55,769 bases of DNA from an uncultured virus (IMG/VR IMGVR_UViG_3300021431_000088) (IMGVR_UViG_3300021431_000088), one strand, 5' to 3'; positions 7,110 through 19,363 are shown, counted from the first letter of the stretch. Notes: generated by a model from the letters alone, not told the origin. Numbers and translations: made by a program.

Positions 7110-7528
7110 CTTCATATGCCCTGGCCCGGTAGCCCTGTATTTTCAAATCATTGGGTAAGGCGGCGCGTAGTGCCGCAGCCATAATTTTTTTAATATTGGT
7201 GGAGGGGGTGCCAGAAAAAAGGGCATGCCTTTTTCTTTGAAGTTGAAAAGGAGGGTTGGCCTTTTGTTTTTTGAAATTGAGGAAGAATTAGGGATGAAAT
7301 AGTTATGAGAAAAATACTGATATTAGAGTGTAATATTGCCAGCGCAGCTCAGCTCCGGCGTAAACCCAGGTCCCCGGGGTATGTTTTGGGATCAGCTTTT
7401 ATTTAATTCTAATTGGCGTAAGGGCCGTCCACAAATGCCACCAACTTTTTTATTTTTGAACCTTATTTCACACATTCCACCAACTTTTTTATTTTTAGAC
7501 CCTAACACCAACTTTTATCCTCAAATAC

Positions 7529-7558
7529 TTGACACCCATAACCCCTATATGGTACAAT
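7529..7558 (+). promoter_or_regulatory. Promoter of the morphogenesis operon
   Basis: TTGACA-N18-TACAAT with extended -10 TG, then RBS AGGAGG ahead of ATG 7585. Confidence 0.7.
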
Positions 7559-7584
7559 AAAACAAGAAAATAGGAGGCGATTCT

Positions 7585-8895
7585 ATGAAAAAAGCTTACT
7601 CGCTCGACTTCTCCATTGTTCGAGACGTGGATCGTCTTCACGCAGTTGAAGAGATATTGGATACAATGGAAAAAGATCCAACTGCTACCGAATTAGAACA
7701 AATGGCATCCTATATCCTATATGGAAAAGATGAAGATGGAAAAAATAGTATTCAACGCAACGAAACCATAGATAAAGATAAGCGTTTTAAGAGTTATAAG
7801 ACAAAAGATGATAAGGTATAGTCCTTGGATAGAATTATGGAAACCCCCGGTTTTGATGAGTAGCAACTTCGTTCCGCATATAAGCGCGATCCCTATACGC
7901 AACCGAAACCTAGTATTCGGCGCCCAAAATACGACAAAACTACCGGTGAGATGATAGACCCCGGCGATTCCGACATTCCCGGTATGGTGGAGCAATGGGA
8001 GATTATTGATAGGTGGCAGCGCATGCTCGACATCGCGCAAGGAAAAATAACCCCCACGGAAAATGACACCATCATTTCTGATCCCTACCGCATTTACTTA
8101 CTAAAACATAACTTAATTGATATTAGGAAACATTAGTATTATTTGAAGGACTCATATAAGCCAGAAATACATTTCCAAAACTTAGATCACCCAAAACCCC
8201 AATACTATGATTGGTCGCGCGATTCCTTCTATTGGATTCCCTACGCCGAATGGCAAGACCGTGTCAATCATTCCTATACAACCCGCGTATCTAAACGCCT
8301 AGAAGACTATGAGACGCGAGGGGAGGGCGACAATCTCGAAGTGAAGTGGGTAGTTTGCCAACACACTTTCGACTGGGAAAATTACCTCCATGTACGCGCC
8401 CTACTTAATAATTATCCACTTATGTATGATAGTATGCATGACAAGTTAAATACATATGGATGTGTTCTGCTTTGGGACTTAGACCGCTACATTAAGTTAT
8501 GTAATTTTACCGAATTGCGCCTTTTCTTTATAGATATGCGCAAGCAAGGCATCTCCTATGAAGATATAATGAGTGAAATGCGAGCGCGCTTCGCAGTCGA
8601 ATACTCACCCAACTACCTAGCCTTTGTTATTAGTAATGAGATACCCAAGAAAATTGCGCAAGTAGCAAAAATGGAAAGATTGAAGCATGAGACACCACCC
8701 GAAAAATGTAAAAAATGTATTCATTGCGGCCGCATTTTACCTGCCGACTAGCTCTTCTTTAGTAAGAATAACGCGCGAAAAGATAAGCTTTCAAGCGTCT
8801 GTAAGAGCTGCGACAAGATTAACCGTTTAGAAAGAGGAGTGATTAATAAAGATGGAGACCTCCGAAGGAAAGACCCGACGTTGCCTAAAATGTAA
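7585..8895 (+). CDS. Putative DNA-binding regulator with sigma region-4-like HTH and C-terminal Zn finger (436 aa, TAG recoded)
   Basis: ORF fragments 7585, 7951 and 8143 are in one frame separated only by TAG, and the gene ends at TAA 8895. Contains FFIDMRKQGISYEDIMSEM and CIHC...CKSC. Confidence 0.65.
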
Positions 8896-9802
8896 GCGCG
8901 AGTTGCCGCAAGAAGCTTTCCAGCATACACCCTCCAAGTTCTTTCCTGGCGGCGTCTGCTACATTTGTACCTCATGCCTTGAAACAATGATTAAGCAAGA
9001 TAATTTGGGCGAAGTAGACCGCCTAATGCGCTGGCTTGACCTCCCATTCGACCTCGACAAATGGACATAGCTTTACGCACAACATAAAGATCATACATTA
9101 ACTGCTTACTTCAATCTCCTATATGATGATCACTATTCTAATTTATAGTGGCAAGATGAAAATGAAAGATGGCGACTTGCGCGCGAAGAAGGCGCCATTG
9201 ATGACGAAATTAAGACACTTAATGAGTCGAAAATGAAGAAATTGAGAAAGGTATGGTCTGCCGCATATAAGCCTGATTAGTTGCTATGGCTTGACAACTT
9301 CTATAATTAGATTGTCGCAACACAAAACGTTTCTACACCCATCCTTCAAGAAAAGGCTCGTGATTTCTGCGAACTTCAACTCCATATTAAGGAAGGCTTG
9401 CGCGCAGGCGTTGATGTTTCTAAAATGATGAAGCAGGCAGACGATATTGTAAAAACATATAATTTTACTGCCTCTAATGCTAAATCCGCGGCCGACTTCG
9501 AATCCGTTGGTGAACTTATGGTATACTATGGAAAGAAAGGATGGCATCCAAATTGGCATACCGAGCCGCAAGACTCCATTGACTTTATGATGGAAAACAT
9601 TTAGAACTATTTGAAGCGGCTTGTTATGAATGAGGGTAATTTTGCGGAACAAGTAGAAGATAAGAGGGCTAGATATAATATGACTGAACGATTAGAAGAA
9701 ATTGAAAATGAGAAATTAGAGTTTGACGAAACCGCCGATATTGAGTATGAAGGTGAGGATAGTCTGGCTGCCGAGCTAGGAAGTGATGATGTGAATGAGT
9801 GA
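8852..9802 (+). CDS. Zn-finger protein, possible terminase small subunit (316 aa, TAG recoded)
   Basis: Fragments 8852, 9398 and 9611 are in frame and end at TGA. N-terminal CLKC...CTSC, acidic C-terminus, overlaps the terminase large subunit start. Function inferred from position. Confidence 0.55.
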
Positions 9803-11579
9803 GCTACAACCAATTGTATATAGAGATGGCATACCAGTTGAAAAAGGCATCGTACTAACTAAAGAGTTCCTCGACAGCAATCAAGAGTTATTTACAAAAT
9901 ATTTAAATCTATGGATTCTATTTCCGGACCTATGGCTCGATGCGATTCAAGACACTACCGATGCTCAACACTTCCATCTCTTTCCTTTCTAGCGCATCAT
10001 GTTGCGCGCAAACATGCGTTATCGTTATTCCTTTACTACAGCTACGCGCGCGACTTCCAAATCCTTTACTGCCTACCTAAGTGGTGTATGCCGAGCAGTC
10101 CTGCTTCCAAACTCTAATATCATGATTGCTTCTGATGTTAAAGGTACGGTTATAAAGATTGCTGAAGCTAAGTTTGAAGAAATATTTAGACATTGGCCTC
10201 TCTTACGTAAGGAACTAGCAACGCGCGAAGACGACGGTAAGACAGGCGTCAAATCTAGTAATAACTACTATGAATTACGCTTCAAGAATGGCAGCATGAT
10301 TACTGTTGTTTCTAAGGATACTTCAAGAGGTCTTAGGGCAACTGCTGCTATACTAGAAGAGTGCGCCCTTATCGACGAGGTTCCATACAACGAAGTTTTA
10401 CTTCCTCAGATGAATATAAAAAGGCGCGAAGTTGATGGCTCCATTAATCCCGATGAACCAAGCTCGCCCCAAATCTTTATCACTACTGCCGCAGAACGAA
10501 CCGTATTCATGTATTAGAAGTTAATTGAAATTACAGTTAATGCGGTATTGCGGCCGAAAGAGTATTTTTCATTTGGTCTTTCATATGAAGTTCCACTTCA
10601 CTATGGCCTATTGGATAAGGCTACGCTAATGGATCAGAGATATTCTAATACTGTTAGTGAGGAATCATTCGCGCGCGAAAGTTTAAGCATTTGGGCGGGT
10701 AGCTCTAAAGATGCTTGGTTAGACTCTCGAAAACTAAATAGATACCGTAGTTTATTAAAGTGCGAACGTAAAGCTACATATTCTAATAATTAGGATGCTT
10801 GGTATCTATTAGCAGCAGATATAGGTAGATATAGCGCGAATACCGCAATTATGGTAATTAAAGTACTACCCAATGCGCAACGTTTTAAAAAGAATGTTGT
10901 TTATACCGAAGTTATCAATGGCGCGAACTATATTACTGAACAGGCACCACGTCTTAAAAAGTTAATTCAATTATATGAGCCACGAGAAATTGTCATCGAC
11001 GGTAATGGCCCAGGTATTGGATTACTAGATGCCATGGCATTACCATCTGTAGACTCCAAAACAGGCGAATAGTTCCCTCCTTATTATGTATTTAATAATG
11101 ATCATCATTTACCGCCTGAAATGCGCACTCCAAGCGATGAACCAATGCCGCGCCTAAATGCTATAATTTATGATATTAAGGCAAGCGCATCTAATGAGGA
11201 TGAAATCAATTCAGCATTTTTATCCGCTATTAACAATGGTTCAACATCCTTCCTCGCGCATGAACGAATTATCAAAGAAAAGTTAATGGCTACAAAAAAG
11301 GGACAAAAGATGACAGCCTATGATAGACGAGTATTCTTATTACCCTATGAAATGACATCTCGTTTAATGGATGAATTAAATAATTTGCGCATTAAGCCTA
11401 CTGGTATTGAAAATAAATATAAAGTAGAACGCATATCGCGCTCACTGGAGAAAGACCGTTTTAGTGCTTTAGAATATGGCCTATATCGTATAAAATATTA
11501 TGAAGATAAGGAAATTTTCAAAAAGAAAAGAAAGAATATTGGATAGTTTGGCTTTTTTACTCCTAAAAGTAGGAGGTGA
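9795..11579 (+). CDS. terL: Terminase large subunit (594 aa, 5 in-frame TAG)
   Basis: Five in-frame fragments. LFPF(TAG=Q)RIML adenine-binding motif, Walker A-like TRATSKS, SRGLRA, Walker B ILEE, FITTA coupling motif, nuclease LAADIGR, IDGNGPG and KDRFSALEY. Confidence 0.92.
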
Positions 11580-11584
11580 TTTTT

Positions 11585-13126
11585 ATGGGTAAAGATTTTG
11601 CTACACTGTTTAAAAATGCGGCATATAAGATCAATTATGTTCCTTTAGACTCTCATACACGCACCTCTCGCTGGGGTGGCTACCGTTCAAATAGCGTCAG
11701 TGATAGAGATTTTTCTTTAGAGGAAATTGAATCTATTATCCGCTCTGGCGAATTATCTGCCATTCGTGAGCTGTCCCGCTATTACTATCGAACAAATGCT
11801 CGATACCGTAATAATATCGATTTCCTTGCGGCCTTACCATTATATGATACTGTCGTTACACCCGTTTATGAGTTGGGCAAGGGGTCTAAAGTATAGATTA
11901 CAAAAGCATTTTATAATGCCTGTAGTTTCATTGAAGCTCTAGACGTAAAGAATACTTTATCTCGCATTACGCGCGAATGGTTAAAGGCAGGAGTATATTA
12001 TGGTATTTTATAGGAGCAAGGCGATAAAGTGGTTATATAGGATCTTCCAATGGAATATTGTCGCACGCGCTTTAAGGATTTTAATAATCTAAGTATTCTA
12101 GAGTTTAATATAAATTATTTTAATTTAGCTTATACCGAAGATGATATGCGCGAGGCCGCAGTTGCTAACTTCCCAGAACCAATTCAAAAAGCATGGAGAT
12201 TATGGAAAGCAAAACGTTTAATTGATCCTTGGGTATTATTGCCAGCAAGTTCAGGCGGCGTTACGTTTTGTTTCTCTGAGGACTAGACACCATTGTTTAT
12301 CGCGGCAATACCAGAGCTTGCTAAGTTGAAAGATGCGATTGGCCGCGAAGAGCAGCGCGATGAAAATGAATTATATAAATTGTTAATTCAGCGTATGCCT
12401 ATAGATAGTGATGGCCATTTAGTATTTGAATTAGATGAAGTAGCTGAGATACATGCTGGTACGGCAAACATGCTTAAAGATTTAGATACAGTTGATGTAC
12501 TTACTACTTTTGGCGAAACATCTCTAGAAAGCTTACAGGATACATCCGCTGCTAGTCAGTCTAATAATAGACTAGAAAAGTATGCTAAAAATACTTGGGA
12601 TGCGTTAGGTACAAGTGAATTATTATTTAATGCTGAAAACAGTTCTTCCTTGGCCTATGTTATTAAAAGACTTGAAAGTATTATGCGCACATATTTAAAT
12701 ATGTACGATACTTGGATTAGGTATCTTATAAATACTCGCTTTAGTCGCACAGGTTTAAGTTTTGATTTTGAAATACTACCAACTACTGTTTTTAACATTA
12801 AAGATTACCAAGGCCAATACCTTTCCGGCGCACAGTTTGGCTATTCAAAGATGCGCGCGGGAGTCGCAATGGGTGTTAAGCAACGTGATTTAATTAGCAT
12901 GATTGACTTTGAAAATGAGTTCTTAAAACTCGACGAAATTATGAAACCATTAAGTTCTTCTTATACCCAGAGCAACGAAAAATCTGAAGAAAAAAATAAT
13001 TCTACAGAAAAAAATAGTAGTAGTTCCGTATCAACGAAAGACTTAACTAATAAGGGCGGGAGACCCGAATTGGCTGATGAAGAAAAATCAGAAAAAACGC
13101 AAGCTAATATTGCCGCGATGGGTTAA
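11585..13126 (+). CDS. Portal protein (513 aa, 4 in-frame TAG)
   Basis: RBS AGGAGGTG, in-frame fragments 11585, 12050 and 12293. Size and position after terL fit, and the C-terminal PLSSSYTQS...GGRPE tail is typical of portals. Confidence 0.8.
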
Positions 13127-13139
13127 GGAGGATTAAGTT

Positions 13140-14438
13140 ATGAAAAAGAACATTCCCGTTTATTTTGATAACGCTATCATAATGTCGCCTGCTGAACCCA
13201 TTAACGGGTCTTCAGGAATAAATAGATTAAAAGTTGGCGTATTTACTAAGTATGGAAATCGCAATGGCTCTTATATTAAAGATGATGTTGCTGATATGAT
13301 GATTGCTAGTGCTACTAGAGGCGATACTCCTGTAGTTGGGTTCTTTGATCCAGAATCAAAGAATTGGGCATCCCATACTGGGCCAACTTTAGCTAGCGCC
13401 TATGGCTATGTTGAATATTTTGATGGATGGCAACCTTTTACAGATACAGATGGTATTACTCGTGATTATGCTGTATTCTCTGTAGTGCTTTTCACCAAGT
13501 ATTTTAATGAAGCTAATTTTGTAGTTGGACAAAATCAATCTATGGAACTTGATATTAACTCAATTGATGGTGATTGGGCGGATATTAACGGCCAAGAATA
13601 TTTTGTCTATACTAAAGCCGAAATCATGGGTTTATGTATTATTGGAAACCATGAACCATGTTTCTCAGTATCATCCTTCTTCGCAAAAAATGATGATACA
13701 TATAGATCATAGTATGAAAAGTTCTCTTCTCTATTGGCTGATTTGAAAGCTAAAGTTGAAGAGGCCGAGAAACAACCAATTGAAGGAGGGGCAACTCATA
13801 TGGAAAATGAAATGAATCCCGAAGTAAATGAACCCACTCCTGAGCAGGAACCAATCGTTGAAGAGCCTGTAGATCAGGAGCCAGAGGCCCCAGCTGCAGA
13901 AGAAACAGTTGTATCCGAAGAAGAGCAAGAGCCAGTCGCAGAGGAATCTGCTCTCCCAGAGGAAGAACTCGTCGTAGAACCTGAAGCTGAAGAACCTGCG
14001 GTGGAGCCTGAAGAAGAATCTGCTTCTCAGTTTGAGGTACAGATTACAGAACTTCAAAACCAATTAAATGAAATGACTGCTAATTATGAGAATGCTCAGA
14101 ATCGTATTGCTGAACTTGAAGCTCAGATAACATCCGCGTCTGAAGTTGAAGCTGGCTTACGTAATGAAATTGCTACTTATGAAGCAGAGCGGACTCGTTT
14201 AGAAGTAGAAAGAAAGAATGCTTTGATTGAGCGTTATGAGAATAACTTAAATGATGAGGATCTAGAAGACGTGCGCGAGCATGTTAGTGATTATTCTTAT
14301 GATGAAATTGAAAGCAAGTTAGCAATCAAGTTTGCTAATAAACAAATGGCTGGCAGTGCTGACAACAAACTAGTTCCACTACCAGAACCCGTTGTTGATG
14401 AATTTGCGTTATTCATGCAGAAATATCGCAAGAATTAA
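13140..14438 (+). CDS. Prohead protease/scaffold fusion (432 aa, one TAG at 13710-13712)
   Basis: N-terminal domain with NRNGS, QSMEL and GLCIIGNHEPCF motifs, followed by a Glu/Pro-rich linker and coiled coil. Lies between portal and capsid genes. Confidence 0.75.
13800..14438 (+). CDS. Nested in-frame scaffold protein from an internal start (212 aa)
   Basis: Internal RBS AAGGAGGGG then ATG at 13800, in frame with 13140, acidic and coiled-coil sequence. Confidence 0.65.
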   Translation: MENEMNPEVNEPTPEQEPIVEEPVDQEPEAPAAEETVVSEEEQEPVAEESALPEEELVVEPEAEEPAVEPEEESASQFEVQITELQNQLNEMTANYENAQNRIAELEAQITSASEVEAGLRNEIATYEAERTRLEVERKNALIERYENNLNDEDLEDVREHVSDYSYDEIESKLAIKFANKQMAGSADNKLVPLPEPVVDEFALFMQKYRKN

Positions 14439-14450
14439 GGAGGAATAACT

Positions 14451-15068
14451 ATGGCGATGAAAAGATTTCCCATTACAAATGTTGTGGGCGATTTAGTTGA
14501 CCAGCATCGTGATCCCGATGAAAAGCTATATGCCAGCCTCGAATTGAATCAGGTCGCTTTCCCAAAGACTGGTATGGTAGTATCTCAGGTTCCACTTGGT
14601 GCTGCTTTCACTAAGGCTAATCCTTGTGAAAATGGTATGTGGGTCGTTGCCGATAAGGCTGCCGGCGCAATCAATGCTCCTGCCGCTGCAACTGATTCAC
14701 CAATCGGTATTGTATATACTACTGAAAAAGAATATGATTCTATGCATTATGGTTTACAGCGCTTTGGCCGCAAGGTTGCGGGCGATTATCCCCGTGTTGG
14801 TATTTTTGGCCTTGGTGATACTGTGACTACTAACTGCTTACAATATGACACCACTGATTTTGCTGATGATGAGGCTTTATGGACTGCTCTTGAAAAAGAT
14901 TTATCTGTAGCTGCTAATGCTTTATATGTTAAGGCTGTTGCTGGTTCTCCAGTACCACAGATTACTAAAACTAAGCCAAATGCTGGTACTTATGCTAAGG
15001 TAGTTAAATATTACACCATTCCTAATGGCGGAAAGGGCGTTAAGTATCAGATTGTAAGTCTAGGTTAA
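14451..15068 (+). CDS. Capsid decoration or minor capsid protein (205 aa, no TAG)
   Basis: RBS AAGGAGG, lies between scaffold and major capsid genes, strongly biased codon usage. Confidence 0.6.
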   Translation: MAMKRFPITNVVGDLVDQHRDPDEKLYASLELNQVAFPKTGMVVSQVPLGAAFTKANPCENGMWVVADKAAGAINAPAAATDSPIGIVYTTEKEYDSMHYGLQRFGRKVAGDYPRVGIFGLGDTVTTNCLQYDTTDFADDEALWTALEKDLSVAANALYVKAVAGSPVPQITKTKPNAGTYAKVVKYYTIPNGGKGVKYQIVSLG

Positions 15069-15082
15069 TGGAGGTGCGACTT

Positions 15083-16186
15083 ATGAATAAGCTAAGTGTT
15101 TTAATGAACGGCGTATTTGGTCGTGCCGTTCCTGCTGAGTTCGCAGCAGAAAATTATGATTATGAAGCCGCTCTCCGCGACGAGCTTTCTAAGTTAATGT
15201 GCAAGCCCAATCGTAAGACCGGCGCTATGGAGTTCAATCGTCATGTCTTTGAACAGAACAAGCATGAAATTTTTGAGCTTCTTGAAGAAAATCTAGAGGA
15301 AGTTCTTCCTCAGAATGTACAGGCTGCTCTTGATATGTTCGTAGAGGTTAAGTACTATGCACAGGGCCAGCGTCCAGAGTTCCGTGTAATTCGCGGCAAG
15401 CAGCGCGGCAAGCAGTTCGTTACTCGCGCAACCGAATCTGGTAACTACGAGACCTTCCGTCTTGATAGGGATCGTTTTGATCTATATATCCAGGCTATTG
15501 GCGGCGCCGGCTATGTTGACTTCGAGCGCTATCTCGATGGTCTTGAGAACATGGCTGATATTTATGAAGTAATTCAGGAAGGTATTGTTGATCGTCTCTT
15601 TGAGATGGTACAGGAATGCTTACTTGCTTCTTGGAATGCCGCTGGCCGTCCTACCAATAACAAGGTTAGCGCAAATGGTTTCAATCCTGCTTCCATGAAG
15701 AAACTTTGCAATACTGTTGCTCCTTATGGCTCTCCAATTATTTATTGCACTCCTGAGTTCGCCGCAGAAATGGTAAATGCTATTGTTTATAGCAGCGCAA
15801 ATCCAGCTTGGGTCGGCGGCAAGATTTCTGATCAGGATATGATTGATATTCGTGAGCGTGGCTATATCGGCAAGTTCCAGGGCGTACCAATCGTTGTTAT
15901 GCCACAGTCTTGGACCGATGAAACCAATACAAAGCTTGTAATGAATCCATCTTTCGCTTATGTCCTTCCTGCTGGCAAGGAAAAGATTATTAAGATGGCC
16001 TTTGAAGGTTCTCCTTACTTCCGTGAGTGGGATGACCATGAAGGCGATAATTCCTTCGTGCTTCAGGGTTATGTAAAGGTTGGTGTTGGCCTCTTTACAA
16101 CTCCTAACTATTGGGGCATTTATTACAATAGCGCTCTTGACGCTGGTAGCGGCTGGGCTACTTATAATCAGAGTTTAACTAACTAA
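15083..16186 (+). CDS. Major capsid protein (367 aa, no TAG)
   Basis: RBS GGAGGTG then ATG 15083. Size, position, the capsid-like GYIGKFQGVPIVVMP segment, high-expression codon bias and a following terminator all fit. Confidence 0.85.
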   Translation: MNKLSVLMNGVFGRAVPAEFAAENYDYEAALRDELSKLMCKPNRKTGAMEFNRHVFEQNKHEIFELLEENLEEVLPQNVQAALDMFVEVKYYAQGQRPEFRVIRGKQRGKQFVTRATESGNYETFRLDRDRFDLYIQAIGGAGYVDFERYLDGLENMADIYEVIQEGIVDRLFEMVQECLLASWNAAGRPTNNKVSANGFNPASMKKLCNTVAPYGSPIIYCTPEFAAEMVNAIVYSSANPAWVGGKISDQDMIDIRERGYIGKFQGVPIVVMPQSWTDETNTKLVMNPSFAYVLPAGKEKIIKMAFEGSPYFREWDDHEGDNSFVLQGYVKVGVGLFTTPNYWGIYYNSALDAGSGWATYNQSLTN

Positions 16187-16201
16187 TTTATAATATATAA
16201 T

Positions 16202-16232
16202 GAGGGAGAGGATTTCTCCTCTCCCTCCTTTT
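16202..16232 (+). terminator. Intrinsic terminator after the capsid gene
   Basis: GAGGGAGAGGA-tttc-TCCTCTCCCTC-CTTTT. Confidence 0.75.
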
Positions 16233-16254
16233 GGAGATAAAAGGAGGGCATAGC

Positions 16255-16695
16255 ATGGCTATTCAAATAAAAAATATTAGTACTGGTCTAGTATCTTTAA
16301 TGGCTCCTAACATTCGGTTCGCGCGCGAATTGACACCTGGCCGTGTAATTTCTATTACGCAAGAAGAATATGATGAACTTGCTTATGATGTAGGCTTTAG
16401 TGCTCTTGTCAATGGGCATTATATTAAAGTAATGGGCCTTGAAGAAGATAAGCAGGTAGAAGTTGTAGAGAATGTTGTAGAAGCTAGTGAAATTGAAAAG
16501 ATGCTAGTAAATAATGATGTTACTGCTTTCGCTAAGTTTATTCCTCATGCTACTAGTGCGGAAAAGGATAGTGCAGTAACTTTAGCAATCGAGCACAAGA
16601 TTACTAACAGTGGTATTGTGGCTTTAATTAAGAAATACTGCGATGTTGATGTAATTAACGCAATTGCAGTCAAGCATGACGCAGAAGAGAAGTGA
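16255..16695 (+). CDS. Hypothetical head-associated protein (146 aa)
   Basis: RBS AAGGAGG, ATG 16255, TGA 16695. Confidence 0.7.
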   Translation: MAIQIKNISTGLVSLMAPNIRFARELTPGRVISITQEEYDELAYDVGFSALVNGHYIKVMGLEEDKQVEVVENVVEASEIEKMLVNNDVTAFAKFIPHATSAEKDSAVTLAIEHKITNSGIVALIKKYCDVDVINAIAVKHDAEEK

Positions 16696-16700
16696 TAAAA

Positions 16701-17192
16701 ATGGCAACACCCTTCTTAAAAGTTTATGATGCCTTCCTCGCACGAATAACTGCGGATGAATGGACATTAGAAGAAGAGTTAGCTATCGTAGAACGAGATT
16801 GGCAAGAACTTCTCAAGATGGCCATTGCTCGATTTAAATATCCTCGTGTGAGTTTAGACTATGAGGAAGTACCTAATGCCGCAAATGATGATAGGGATCC
16901 TCAGTTTAAAATATATTAGTTTAAAGAAGACTTATCTAATGACGAGATTCAGTTGCTAGCTGTTTATATGAAACATGAATGGATTAAACGATGTGTAGCA
17001 AGCTGGGAACATATTGGTTAGTTGTATACTTCTAAAGATTTCTCTTCCGCAAATCATCTTGATAAATTAAATGACCTTGAGCTGAATGTTAAGCGCGAGG
17101 TCGAAGAATAGCAGGATATATATGACAGATCGCGTGGAAAAACCCCTTCAGAAATATTCAGAAAGCTGGCGGGGAAGCGACAGTATAACTGA
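16701..17192 (+). CDS. Putative head-tail adaptor (163 aa, 3 TAG)
   Basis: Frame from ATG 16701 continues through TAGs to TGA 17192. Helical sequence, position after capsid genes. Confidence 0.6.
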
Positions 17193-17457
17193 AGCGACTT
17201 TTGATGGATATAAAAATAAATTAAAAGGTCGCTTATATGGTTTACTTTGCGAAAGAGAGAAGGACGGAGAATGGGAAAAGTTTTTAGATTCTCTTATTAT
17301 AGAATTAATGGGCTTGGGCGCAAACTCCATCAACTGGTGGCCCCTATTAGGGAAAATGGCCCTTTTGCGCTATCTATCCTATGAGTTCTTTAGAAAAAAT
17401 ATCTTCGAATGTATCAATTTAGTGAGCGGGTTAACAATACCAGATGAATTATCTTGA
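17122..17457 (+). CDS. Hypothetical protein (start uncertain)
   Basis: Open frame YKNKLKGRLYGLLCEREK...FFRKNIFECINL fills the gap between flanking genes, but no clean RBS plus ATG was found. Confidence 0.55.
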   Translation: MTDRVEKPLQKYSESWRGSDSITEATFDGYKNKLKGRLYGLLCEREKDGEWEKFLDSLIIELMGLGANSINWWPLLGKMALLRYLSYEFFRKNIFECINLVSGLTIPDELS

Positions 17458-18850
17458 TGTATACTTTTCTCGCGTTAATTATTTTGGAGATAATACAACT
17501 GATCGGATAAACAATAGCGGCATTGTTGCTTTTGAAAAATGGCTAGCTTAGTCTCCTTTTACTGTTAGACATCTATCTGTTGAGCGCGGTCTTTATTTCA
17601 GCGGTATAATAGAGACAAGTAAAGATAGAGAAGAAAAAAAGATTATGTATTTATATGTTGCGAATGACATACCTATACGGGTAGGAGATATTCTTACTTG
17701 GCAATAGGACGATGGCACTGTTGAAAAATGGCTTTTATTATAGAAGATTCATAAGGTGCATCCAACATATCAAACTTATTAGATTATAAAGTGTAATTAT
17801 CAAATCAAATGGATTGATTTTGACGGTAAATTGCGCAAGCAATGGGCTTATGCTGTAAGTTCTGTAGATAGTAAGATTAAAAGTAATTTCAGAATGTGGC
17901 ATTCTCTAGTTTCTCCCCAGCCGAATAAGTTTGCTGAGGTTATTATGCCAAGGCCAATATTTGAAACTGGGAAAGAGGATTTAGATAGGTTAATGCGTGG
18001 TATTACTTTTATTATAGAAAATGAAGGCTGGACGGTCATTGAATGTGATTGGACAAGTGTTGAAGGCATTGCTTATATGTCGTTAACGGAAAGTAAGGTC
18101 AACTATTTATATGATGATCGTGTAGTAGATGTTGCAGAACTTGATAGATTTAAGTTTCCAGAATTACAATCTTCTTATATGGTGGGCGAAACTATTAGTC
18201 CTACTTTTTCTGAAGATACTTACCAAGTATGGGATATTGTTATGACTGTCATTGATGGCGCAGAACATATCACTTGGGAAGATGATGAATTAAAAGCAGA
18301 TAGTGCAGGACAGATTAAGGTTAAAATGCAGTTAAAAAATATAACTGAAAAAGAGCCTAATAAAGCTGTCGAAAAAGTATTTGAAATTACAATTTATAAT
18401 ACATCTGATAACTTTAAAGGATATATTTTTGGTGAAGATAAAATAAGGCTGGGTCGTAAAAGTTATTATTGTGTTGCAAGTGAAACGGAAACAGAAACGG
18501 TATCTGATGATGCTAACGTCACTATGATTATAAAAGGTGCTCCTGCAGATAATAATCCTTCAGCATTGCGGTCACCAGAGGATGATTCTGCTCCAGATTA
18601 GCGGAAACCTTAGCCAGATCCAAAATGGCCAATCTTACGTTATGCTAAGATAGAATGGAAGCCTGATGAAAAAAATGATCCAACCAAAAAAATACAAAAG
18701 GTATATAAGAATACATATGTTCTTGAAACTACTGCATAGACTAATTTAGGGGATATAGTTTTAGAAGCGACCTATGATAATGGCGAAGGGAAAATTGAAA
18801 CCTATACTAAAACTGTAAAAGTTGTTCCTCTGTGGTAGAAGGTGAGTTAA
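17444..18850 (+). CDS. Putative head-closure/neck protein with C-terminal beta-rich domains (468 aa, TAG recoded)
   Basis: ATG 17444 is in frame with fragment 17831-18601, with only TAG interruptions up to TAA 18850. Confidence 0.6.
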
Positions 18851-19363
18851 ATGGCAACAGACAATAATTATAGTTAGCAACGACGTTTTCATTCAATGGG
18901 CGAAAATGCCTTTAATATCGCCAATACCTTAGTAAACAATTAGACAATATGCAGATTATTGAAATACCAGGTCCGAGATGCTCTTGATACAACTAAATAT
19001 GAAGATGTAGTTGGTCTTGATTTGCTAAATAAACAAATCATGATTGTCCCAAAAATCTTTGATGATAGCACGGAGAAAACTTCATACATAGTCGCTATGT
19101 TTTCTGGCTTTACGGTTAATGCCTTAAATCCAGACTTTAAACTAACCACTATTCGCTTTGACGTGGCTTGCCCTTATGATGAATGGATTCTAGATGGTAA
19201 GTCATTGCGGCCATACCTACTAATGGAAGAAATAGATAAAGAGTTCAATTAGAAAAAGATGGCTGGAATAGGAACTTTATAGTTCGTGCGCGCGGATAGC
19301 TTAGTTTTAACTCCTCAAATTGGCGGCTACTCTATGTTGTATCAAATCAATGAATTTAACTGA
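18851..19363 (+). CDS. Putative tail terminator/completion protein (170 aa, TAG recoded)
   Basis: ATG 18851 is in frame with fragment 18959-19252 and ends at TGA 19363. Function inferred from position. Confidence 0.55.

Noticed and set aside
7330..7440. Possible suppressor tRNA in the GC-rich stretch before the late promoter
   Set aside because: No cloverleaf, T-loop GTTCRA or CUA anticodon arm could be built. No tRNA was recognised anywhere in the window by eye, and tRNAscan-SE or ARAGORN would be decisive.
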